NCBI GenBank assembly: GCA_951406725.2
Contig: OX597826.1
Location: 44,888,001 to 44,952,000, forward strand
DNA: 64,000 nucleotides
From: Octopus vulgaris
Taxonomy: Eukaryota
Reading direction: 5' to 3'
Positions 52,884 to 64,000 of this stretch are shown in pieces. The notes beneath the pieces are model-generated. The model saw nothing but the letters and a program-made list of their open reading frames with translations. It made no database searches and was not told the DNA's origin. How positions within the stretch are numbered: the first letter of the stretch is position 1; each line of letters begins with the position of its first letter. A program made the position numbers and the translations under genes.

Positions 52884-52950
52884 AATGTATAAAGACTAAT
52901 GCATTAATATATAAAGACTAATGCATTAATGTATAAAGACTAATGCATTA
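52884..52950. repeat. 22-bp tandem repeat x3
   Basis: AATGTATAAAGACTAATGCATT x3, 1 mismatch. Confidence 0.93.
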
Positions 52951-53108
52951 AAGTAGTTATCTTCATAGACATAATTATATGTAAAAGAAATTTTAGAGGA
53001 AACCTGATTTTTGCAAATCTATATAGAACTGGGACGTGTCTACGATGTAAAGGAGGTAGGTCTGCTGGTTAATTGTCTGCGCGAATCCCATTACTCACAT
53101 AATAGGTA

Positions 53109-53169
<61 letters not shown>

Positions 53170-53964
53170 GTCTGCCTATCTATCTATCTATCTATCTATT
53201 TCACTTTATATATAATATAATATAATATATAATATATATATAATATAATATATATATAGAGAGAGATAGAGAGAAAGGCGAGAGAGAGAGAAAATAATAT
53301 GGGCATATATATATATATGTATATGTATGTATAAATATATGTGTGTGAGCGTGTGTGTGTGTACGTATATGTGTATGTGTATGTGCATATATAATATCTA
53401 TTACCAAAGTAATGTGATTCAATCAGACAATTAAATTAGTTTCAATTTGAAGATTTTTTCTTACTCTTTATTCCAATTTTTTCCTTTACCATATTTCGAT
53501 TTGTATTTACTTAGAGTAAATGTATCTAAAGTAAATACAGACTCTATATTTACAGAATATATATAGAAACTTATAAAAAAAGCATTTAAATAAATATAAT
53601 TGTCTGAGTTTTCTGGTGCAATATTTTTACTTATATCTTCTTACGACATGGAAGGAAATAGAACCCCGTCACGGTGTCTTACAATATATTGTTCGAAGAT
53701 GGAATATTCCTCGTGGGCCGTCTATGGGCTTTGGTCTATATATCTACGGGACTGATAATGAAACCAAAATGACCAGGGAAAATAGAAAACAAGAATTGAG
53801 TATTTTGAATTAATGAAATGAATAAGCAAATTTTTGAAGTTCACTTATTAAATGCCATTAAATATAAATGTAATAATTAAATATTCTCTTTGGTTAAATA
53901 ATTTCGAATATATTCTTGTAACTTCTTAAGAATATTTCCAGTTTTGTTATTAATCATTAATATC

Positions 53965-54530
53965 TAAGACAGCGAATTGGCAGAATCTTTAAGCACGTCG
54001 AAGGCAGCGAGCTGGCAGAAACGTTAGCACGCCGGGTGAATTGCTTAGCCGTATTTCATCTGCCGTTACGTTCTGAGTTCAAATTCCGCCGAGGTCGACT
54101 TTGCCTTTCATCCTTTCTGGGTAGATTAAATAAGTACCAGTTACGCATTGGGGTCGATGTAATCGACTTAATCCGTTTGTCTGTCCTTGTTTATCCCCTC
54201 TGTGTTTAGCCCCTTGTGGGTAGTAAAAAATAGGTATTTCGTCTGTCTTTATGTTCTGACTTCAAAATCCGCCGAGGTCGACTTTACCTTTCATGCTTTC
54301 AGGGGTCGATAAATTAAGTACTAGTTGCGTACTGGGATCGATCTAACCAACTGGCCCCCTCTCCAAAAATTTCGGCACTTTTGCCTAGTCTAGAAAAGAA
54401 TCTTTAGCATGTCGGATAAAATGCTTAACGGCATTTCTTCTGGCATTTTATGGCTAGAGATCAAATACCGCTGAAGTGGACTTTGTCTTTAATCCGTTTG
54501 GGGTCGATAAAATGAAGCACCAGTCAGGTA
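53965..54530 (+). mobile_element. Dimeric SINE S2 (54002-54400) nested inside an older S2 copy
   Basis: The old head AAGACAGCGAATTGGCAGAATCTTTAAGCACGTCG is interrupted and resumes as GAATCTTTAGCATGTCGGATAAAATGCTT after the young copy. Confidence 0.85.
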
Positions 54531-55357
54531 CTGTGGGGGCCATGTATTAGAGTTTATATTTTAGGTATGGTTATTTTCTAGTAATCAATCATTGAAAGAG
54601 TTTTATGAAGCAAGTATTAACGCGCTTATCGAAATGTGACAATATTCAAAATTGTTTTTAAAACAAAAGTGTTGCTATTAAAACTTAATTTTTTAACGAA
54701 TGAAAATAAAAAAAAATAAACCGGATATGAAATAGGTTGGCTTTTACGCATTCATATATTCGTTCTGCTTATTCAGGATATTTAAATCTCTTTTTGTATT
54801 TTCACGTATTGTTTTCGTTTCATTATCACTACTGCCGATATATGTACTTAAAACCAAAGATCGGTTTTAGTTCAAATCCATTAAAAATCGGCTTTGCTTT
54901 ATATCACTCTAAAGTCAATAAAATATGCACTTGTCAATATGATGGAAAGCAATTCAGAAGAATTTAGCTTTCATCTTTTGAAAACTGGCGCTCAACTGAA
55001 AAAGTCCTCACATTGGAACAATTATCCAATGACGTTTTTAATAGGACTAGCATTTTATTCATTAGGATATCTGGCGTTTTTTCTTTTTTCCTGAATTTTT
55101 TTTTCATTATCATAAAGTGCGTTTTTATATCTTTGTACGAAACTGAAGGTTTCCAGTAGATAAATCTTTTCCGATTTTAAAAAGTTTTTTTGGTAAATTG
55201 GTCCGCATCTGAGATATGTGATGCAATGGTTGCTAGGTGCATTCAGCAGAATCGCTCTCATTCAGTGATAAATAGTTCCTTTATACATGCATACATACAT
55301 ACAAACATACATAATTCATACATACATACATATATTTATATATATTATATATTATAT

Positions 55358-55416
<59 letters not shown>

Positions 55417-55620
55417 TATATATTCATTTACTTGTTTCAGTCAGTTGACTGCGGTCTTGCTGAACCCGGATCCACGTGGTTGGAAAGCAAGCCTCGTACC
55501 ACAGAGCAACACCTGCACCTATAAAGTCACGCCTGCGCCTATCTATTTATCTACTTATTTATCTATATGTCTATCTTTCTATTTATCTATCTATCTGTCT
55601 ATCTATCTATCTATCTATCC

Positions 55621-55654
<34 letters not shown>

Positions 55655-55745
55655 ATTAAGGGTAAAAATTGATATTTATCAATTAGAACCAGTAGTATTT
55701 AGTACATTTAGGCATTTAGTACACCAAATTACATTTTATATGGGA

Positions 55746-55811
55746 CCATGCTGATGATGGCTGCACTTTTCCTTGCGGAAAATAACAGCCGAAACTAAAT
55801 TTAGTACATGG
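55746..55811 (+). ncRNA. Type I hammerhead ribozyme motif (best-preserved in the window)
   Basis: ccaug CUGAUGA u ggcug...cagcc GAAAC uaaauuua GUA caugg; 5-bp helix I, 5-bp helix II, palindromic helix III ACUAAAUUUAGU; predicted cut after 55806. The insert 55648-55965 is flanked on both sides by (TA)n. Confidence 0.88.
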
Positions 55812-55962
55812 GTAAATATTTATTTCGTATATTTTTCACTTGTTTATTGTTTTGGTTTGGTGTTGAGTTTGATCTGAGAACATAGACTTTTTGTGGAGAA
55901 TGGCGATTTGACGTCTATATCTAGCATATTGACGGTCCACTTTTCATGTTCAGTCCTTAATT

Positions 55963-56066
<104 letters not shown>

Positions 56067-56499
56067 TGTATGTATGTATGTATGTATGTATGTATGTATG
56101 TATGTATGAATGTATGTATGTATGTATGTATGTATGTATGTATGCATGCATGAATGTATGTATTCACGCATGGCTGAAACGAATAAAAGAGCATATATAT
56201 TTACTGAACAGCAATCTTTATAACGGGAATGTTTTATGAGAATGCCGAATACCGCGCCACTCGTATTGAGAGCTCATCTCACATGAAAATGTATAGTAAC
56301 AGGCGGTTCTGCCACGATATATGTCCCTCACAGTATAAGGAGATCTGTCAAGTCGAATACCGCAGTATTAGGCGTTCTAATAATACAGCCACGTTAAGTA
56401 AGATATGAAGATTTCCATTCGGTATCAGAATTGCTTCCATATTTGATATTTTGTTTGAATGTGTATATATATATATACAGGTATATATATATATATAGG

Positions 56500-56601
<102 letters not shown>

Positions 56602-56687
56602 CATACATACATACATGCATGCACATAAATATACATATATATTCACCACACACACTCACAAACACGTGCATGCATAAAACACACAAA

Positions 56688-56724
<37 letters not shown>

Positions 56725-56739
56725 CATATATATGTAAAC

Positions 56740-57448
56740 GCAGGCGTGGCTGTGTGAGAAGAAGCTTGGTCCAAACCACATGTTTCCGCGTTCGTTACCA
56801 ATGTGTGGCACCTTGGGCAAGCGTTTTCTTCTATAGCCTCAGGCCGACCCAGCCTTGTGAGTGGATTTGAAACTGAAAGAAGCCCGTTGTATACATACAT
56901 GCATGTGTGTGTGTGTGTGTGTTTATATCTAAGTGTCTGTGTTTTTTTTACCCGACTACCGCTTGAGAACTGATGTCGGTGTGTTTACGTTTCCATTACT
57001 TAGCGGTTCGGCAAAAGGGGGAGATAGAATAAGTAGTGGGTTTTAAAAAATAATTCTCGGGGTCGATGTATTCTAGTAAGACACTTCAAGGCGGTGTCCC
57101 AGCATGGCCGCAGTCAAATGATTGAAACAAGAAAAGATAACATAAAAGATATACCACTAAAAAAGATGCAAGGGATATAAACAAAGAAATAAGAAGCATT
57201 GCAAACAAGCGGTTGGTTTAACTGTTGATATAAACTATATAGGCGTAGGAGTGGCTGTGTGGTAAGTAGCTTGCTTACCAACCACATGGTTTCGGATTCA
57301 ATCCCACTGTGTGGCACCTTGGTTGAGTGTCTTCCACTATAGCCTCAGGCTGACCAAACCCTTGTGAATGGATTTGGTAGACGGAAACTGAAAGAAGCCC
57401 GTCGTATATATATATATATATATATACATACATACATATGCATATATG

Positions 57449-57499
<51 letters not shown>

Positions 57500-57724
57500 G
57501 CATGTATATTTGTGAGTCTGTGTTTGTCCCCCCCAACATCGTTTGACAACTGATGTTGGTATGTTTACGTCCCTGTAACTTAGCGATTCGGCAACAGAGA
57601 CCGATAGAATAAGTACTAGGCTTACAAAGAATAAGTCCTGGGGGCGATTTGCTCGACTAATGGTGGTGCTCTAGCATGGCCACAGTCAAACGACTGAAAC
57701 AAATAAAAGAGTAAAAGAGTAAAA
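56740..57724 (+). mobile_element. Two consecutive SINE S1 copies (56740-57140, 57241-57724)
   Basis: Two heads (GTGGCTGTGTG), CORE-like CACCTTGG blocks and CAGCATGGCC.CAGTCAAA tails. Confidence 0.92.
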
Positions 57725-58647
57725 GTGTATATCACCACCGAAAAGGCCCGAACAGTTCCTACACTACTGGAAAGAGAGACTTAACTTGTGATTCTCTTCC
57801 CTCTGTTCAGGTAATTTATCCTTCAGATAGTGTAGAAAAACAAAAATATTTCGTAGTGTTCGTGTTGATCACATGGTGAGATACACAATTAGCTGGTTCT
57901 CAATATCACTTAATGTATCATGTGAGATTTGTCATTAAGTATTTCAACTACCAACTTAAATGTCAACTTTAATTCTTATGTTGATGGTATGTACAAGAAG
58001 AATATGTAAAAGCACGCATACAACAACCATTAGCATACACACATACACACGCAAATACATATATATTCGCACACATACGCACTTAGATACATTCATACAT
58101 ATAGGTCACTCAACATATCCGACCTCCTACCTACTCGACAGACACATACGTAGTCTATGAAGTACACAGGAAATAGTCGTACGCATATACGGAGCAGATA
58201 TATTCGGGAGTAGATGTCTATACATACATTCTTCTGTCTAGTAAGCCTGACAAATATGCGATGTGTACTGTTATCAGACTTCACTTAAGAATTTCCTCAT
58301 ACGCCCTTCTCTGTAACGCCTTAACGGAGAACAATAAAATCTCTTTCTCTCGCTTTTTGTGTGTTTGTTACACACAGCTTTACTTCATTTGTTTAGATGC
58401 ACATGTATGTATGTATGCTACTATGTATGCGTACACAAATACATTCACTCACACACATACATATTCACACACATGTACGTTCATCAATGCTTCAATATAA
58501 ATATACATATGTATGTATGTGATTGAGTATGTGTGCATGCCGATGTCTCAGCTGTATACTTTTGTATATGTTCGTCTCTGTGTGTATGTGTGTGCACGTG
58601 TGTCTGTCTGTCTATCTATCTATCTATCTATATGCAGATAGAGAGGC

Positions 58648-58757
<110 letters not shown>

Positions 58758-59063
58758 TTGTATATATAAATACACACACACATATATATATATATATACT
58801 TATATATATATGTATATATATATACATATATTTTATTTAAAGCAGCAGAAAATTCAACAAAACCTGTTACTCTGAGTTTCACGGTATTTGAGTACTCTTT
58901 TTCCACCTTGTTTCACATTTATGTGTTTACTCCGGTATATATACATACATATATATATATATATATATGAAAATTGTACAAAATTAGAAGATTAGAAGAC
59001 AGACAAATGAAGGAATAACAAACAAAGTGTATTAGTCTGGCACTCAGAAAATATGGAGAAATT

Positions 59064-59099
59064 ATGTGACGTTTCGGGCATACGCTCTTCTACAGAAAG
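59064..59099 (-). ncRNA. Decayed minimal hammerhead-like motif, family A (A6U variant)
   Basis: Minus: cuuu CUGUAGA a gagc guau gccc GAAAC GUC acau; helix I is disrupted. Confidence 0.5.
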
Positions 59100-59788
59100 A
59101 AATGGCGAAAGAAACAATGGAGAGAAGTAACAAAACTATGAGAGAAAAAATTGTCTGTGCATATATACTTATACATATATATATGAGAGTATAGGGGACA
59201 TAAAACTAGTCAAAATAGCGACGTGTTATTTAGTTTTATAGCATCCCGACACCTATGCACGAGCACACTATGTTCGTATTCACACAATAAAATTGCCATA
59301 CTTGCTCGACGCCCACTTTCTCAATCTTAGAAAAGGGCCGAAAAATTCCGTGACTCAGTTAATTCCTCTCAATGTTTGCATATCCTTCCTGGATTTAAAC
59401 AATAAACACTTTCCTACTGCCTACAAACGTAGGAAATTATTTAAATAATCACCATCTCATCTCAAATCAAGATACAGTTGTGTCACCAATGTGAAGAATA
59501 TTATATCACCGTCGGTAAAAACAAACTGATGCCAATTGCTCGTGTATAATTATATTGCAACTAAATAGGTTTTACAATGTAGGTACCGTTATGAAGTCGA
59601 TGTTATCTCCATTATGTGATATATAAACGTTCTAAAGGCATGACTGAGAAGTACTTCAAACAAAGATATTACAAACATACTACCCCTTTCCGCCACATTG
59701 CAAAGATAAATGTAACTTAGTTATTCAACTACATCTTGTAATCTTTTGATTGGTATATATGAGGACACACGCATGTATGCATACACAT

Positions 59789-61380
59789 TAGGGTGATGAC
59801 CCTTTTAAAGTCAAGTAAGGCCAAGGCACCAGAAGGTGAGCTTTATGGTATAATGACAAAAAATCACAATCATTTCTTTCTTTGATGCCAAAAACTCCCC
59901 CACCGATGACAATATATTTGGCAACACTTTTACTAGGGACATATATTGTTAATGTAATAAGTGCAGCCTAATACAACAACAGTTTTCAAAGATCCTTGTT
60001 TGTTAAAACAAATCGTAGATTTAATTTTTCAGAAGACCTGCAATCTAATTCCTCCACTATTTTTATTGTAAGTTCCGTATATATGTTTGAACGTTGAACA
60101 GCTTGAATTACTGATTCTTCAAGATTCCGATTAACTTTTAAACATTTGCTTGCTTTAGTATATCGAGAAACTGCTTCTGGAAATTCCTAGTAGGCCATGC
60201 TGTCAAACCTTTGTTCACAAAACCACATTTCCATCCAGTTTCCGCTGATAAAACAACACACAAGGTAGAGTTTTTCGCTACTTTGTGGTAGAAGCATGTG
60301 TGTGAGGATGGCCAAGATTGCTCGTAAATTCCAACGTGCATGGCTAAATCTAGGAAGTTTTCTGAACTTAATTTCTGAGAAAAGGCTTTGTTGCTGATAA
60401 AATCGGAAAGCATGATCAAGTCCAAATAAAAATCTTAAGGTAATCTCTCCAACTTGGATTATCACCAATTAGAAGTTTTGCTTTGCTTTGTTTCCATTCT
60501 GCCACTAAATCCCCATAGTTTTTTTTTTAATCGTCTATGAACGGATATGATATATTTGATGATGCAGTTTTTCCTTTCTTTGTATCATCCCTCTCATGTT
60601 TTACGAGGCGGTCTAACACATGATGTTGGCAACCAATGTATTGAGCTGCAGGATATCCACGCTTTACAAATTCGTTATGCAGTTGAATGACCACTCCAGT
60701 ATGCTTTCCTGTATTTACACTACATGCGTCTGTGATGATCATTTTGATTTCTGGCCACAATTCGTTATCATTCGAAACTTCCTTTAGTCCTTGAAAAATT
60801 GTATCTGCTTGCTATTCTAATTTCTCTTGCGTTGTTTTTCACTACAACGACTTGTCTTTCTTTACACTTCATAACCTTTCCATCAAAATGGAGCACCCAC
60901 TGGTAATTTTTTAAAGTTTCTTTTAGTTCCTGCTTCATCTTTGCGGCCTCTCTCATGTCAGATTTGTACGCTTCTGACTGTGATGGAGTGGGAAGAAGTA
61001 GTCCTTCCTCTCTCAGATGTTTGAAGACATTGGCTACTATATGACTGCTTGAATTCTATTTTTTCAGCAAGTTCATTGCTTTCTGAGTTGAGTGATGTTG
61101 TTGTTTAGAGGTGCCAACTTGTCCGTCTATTGGTAATGTGATTTCATCTACAGAATCAGAAGCAGGGGTTTCTGATGATGATGATGATGATGATGATGTA
61201 TCTGTAAGTAATTGAGTACATATTAGTGACATCAATGCACACAAAGTAATTTATATAATATTTGAGAATTTGTTAGGCACGTTACTTTCCCTTTCCTGCA
61301 TTCACTCTTCCTTTCATTAGATTAGAGATTGCCTCCAATAATTATTCTTCCATTTTTGGAAGTCTTCGAGAATTGAACAT
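59789..61380 (-). mobile_element. hAT-superfamily (hATm-like) transposase pseudogene
   Basis: Frameshifted segments in order: WVLHFDGK; WPEIKMIITDACSVNTGKHTGVV...IGCQHHVLD (CxxH); SHARWNLRAI (RW); QRSNIYTELTIK...LNLRFVLTN. TAGGGTG terminus at 59789. The subgroup call is from recalled motifs, not a search. Confidence 0.72.
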
Positions 61381-61511
61381 ATGATTTTAGAAAATAGTAT
61401 ACAAGAATTCAATGTTTTCAATATCGAGTTCTCTTGCTTGTTATATACTGCCCAACCCGATACACTCGTTAGAGCGTCGGATAGATAATAACTCAAAATA
61501 TTCAGAGTTTA

Positions 61512-61598
61512 TGCAGTACGATCGTTTCATGCAACTCCATTTAATTGAACAATGCAATCATTACATCAATTTAAAATCTAGAGCAATCTTCAGCTGCA
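61512..61598 (-). ncRNA. Type I hammerhead ribozyme motif, family B
   Basis: ugcag CUGAAGA u ugc...gca u GAAAC gauc GUA cugca; homologous to 49577-49662. Confidence 0.82.
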
Positions 61599-61816
61599 CA
61601 AGGACATATAATTAAGTTAAATTAGAACAGATTGACACGTTAGCATAATCATACCAAAAATCTCCAAGAAGTTCGTAGATAGACGAAGAACATGTTGTAC
61701 CTAAAACAGCATAGCCGTAATTTTAATCACCTTATTTTGAAATTGTATACATAATATCGTACTAAATTCTGGTGCCTAAACTTAAGTACCATATTCATCT
61801 GAATCTAAATTTTTGA

Positions 61817-61877
<61 letters not shown>

Positions 61878-62590
61878 TGTTATATGTGTATATATATACT
61901 GTCACATATATTTGGCCATTCCATAGTGAACTGCAGTGGGAACATTGGCAATCTGCTACCTTCATGCTCACACACACATGCGCGCGAGCACACACAAAAA
62001 AGTGTTGAGCCTTTTTTGTAGTATCTTTATAAGAAATTCAAACAGACGAATGGCATATGGAAAGAACTCTTTATTTGAGACGTTATCAAAATAAATATAA
62101 GCATAGTGATGGTCGCATATTTCAAAAACATTCTTATTACTACACAGGAACAATATGTTCTATCATTGTCTATATATATCGCTGATTTGCTATTTCTAAA
62201 TTGAAAATATAATGTTTTTTTATATATAATATATATAACATAAATTTATATATAATATGAAACTACATCGTTTTAATATCTATCGATTTGCTGTTCTTCG
62301 TTTAGATTGTTTTACAATTTAATTTCAGATATATTCACCGCTGTAAGGCAAACGAAAACAATCGACACTTCAGTATATACGATTACACATGCATGCATTC
62401 ATACATACATACGTGCATATGTACGTATATATGTGCGTGTATAAATATATCCCAAAACAAACACACACACACACGTGCGCACACAATCACACACATAATA
62501 TAAGATAAACTATACATACACACACACACTCACACACGCATATATATACATATACATACATATACATACATACACACATACATATATCCG

Positions 62591-62680
<90 letters not shown>

Positions 62681-63264
62681 TAAATGCATTCAATAAGAAA
62701 AGCATTAAAAAAACGAAAATATTCGATAATGAGTGTATACTGTAATTAATTTGGTGCACAAATATCCAGTAACGGTCATCATTTTTTAAGGTTTGCCTTC
62801 ATATTATTGTTAAGTAGAATTTTTTGTTGTTTTAGTATTCAGAAATGGTGATTAGAATTTTGGCAGCTCACTATAGTGTACATATATATGTAGATTCTTG
62901 AAGTTATAAGTTTTGCAGCTGTGAGCATACACGTGGCATTGCTCAAACATTATGTGGAGAAATTTTCGGCTAAAATTTATCTCAATAGCAGGAGATATTA
63001 TGAATATTTGATGCATATAATGGCGTATGTTCCATGATGTATTTTAAAGCATTTGCCTCAAAAACGTATATTTTAGTAGCTTTTAGAGATGAGAGTGTAT
63101 AATAAAAGCTAACTTAAGAAATAAAAAGGTGGTCAAAAGAGGCTTCACTCATCTCCGATGAACTCCAGTTAGTAAGTAGATCAAACTGTAAGACATATAA
63201 ACAAAACTACTCATAAAGACACAATAAATGCAACACCCAGTGAAAAACACAAACCTTATATATA

Positions 63265-63494
63265 TTTCTTTATTGCCCACACGGGGCTAAACATAGAGGG
63301 GACAAACAAGGACAAACAAACGGATTAAGTCGATTACATCGATCCCAGTGTGTAACTGGTGCTTATTTATAGACCCCGAAAGGATGAAAGGTAAAGTCGA
63401 CCTCGGCGGAATTTGAACTCGGAACGTAACGGTAGACGAAATACGGCTGCGCATTTCGCCCGGCGTGCTGACGTATCTGCCAGCTCGCCGCCTT
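63265..63494 (-). mobile_element. Monomeric SINE S2 with 13-bp TSD
   Basis: AAACACAAACCTT at 63245-63257 and 63495-63507. Confidence 0.93.
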
Positions 63495-63924
63495 AAACAC
63501 AAACCTTTTATAACTGAACTACATACACTATAGTTATAGAATGAATGAATGTATCATTAAAATGTTACATACAGATCACAAAATTATTCTAACCACCACA
63601 AACAAGCAATTAGAATATGTTACCAAAAATAACTGCGAAATAGATTTTTATCAAAGTGAAACCAGAAACTCAGGAATTTTCAAGCCATATAACAGATTTC
63701 AAACAGTTTTGTTTTCTATATTATCATATGAATTCCTCGCTGCTGATCTCAAGCACCGTAGTTTCTAAATCTACCATCAACTTTTCGAGGCAATCAAGGT
63801 CATACCTCTAAGATGACCATGATATGCCAATAAAAATGTTGGCGTGTGTTGTAGCCTTTTCCTATGAGATCATCGCTATTTATCTGAGACAACGCAGTTG
63901 CAAATCCATCTTCAATGTTTCAAA

Positions 63925-64000
63925 GGGGGCTAGTCGATTAGATCGACCCCAGTTCGCAACTGGTACTTGATTTATCGACACATGAAAGGATGAAAACCAA
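63925..64000 (-). mobile_element. SINE S2 fragment running off the window
   Basis: GTCGATTAGATCGACCCCAG..ACTGGTACTT..TTTATCGAC..GAAAGGATGAAA. Confidence 0.8.

Noticed and set aside
63150-63195. Very degenerate hammerhead-like strings (also 3760-3800 minus, 30645-30680 and 49035-49085 minus)
   Set aside because: Several core positions are missing; suggestive in context but not supportable.

Overview
AT-rich, repeat-saturated, apparently gene-free eukaryotic DNA. The SINE repertoire and extreme (TA)n/(CA)n/(TACA)n/(TAA)n load resemble an Octopus (coleoid cephalopod) genome; this taxon call is an inference. No host protein-coding gene can be supported, and almost all entries in the ORF track are translated microsatellites or SINE read-through. 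Recognisable content: three tRNA-derived SINE families (about 30 copies or fragments); decayed LINE 3' ends (two R4/Dong-type RLE elements beside (TAA)n, two RTE-like, CR1-like); a Penelope-like (PLE) GIY-YIG fragment with an inverted terminal duplication; mariner/Tc1 and hATm-like transposase remnants; a hAT MITE with an 8-bp TSD; and a non-autonomous Helitron. The main signal not shown by the ORF track is a set of about 12 intact or degenerate type-I hammerhead ribozyme motifs from at least 6 unrelated short non-coding sequence families. Nearly all lie in or next to (TA)n tracts, and many sit in fold-back (inverted-arm) structures. This points to a diverse PLE-pLTR/retrozyme-like system with core variants (U6, U10.1-U11.1, loopless palindromic helix III) and a possible two-ribozyme unit of about 190 nt.
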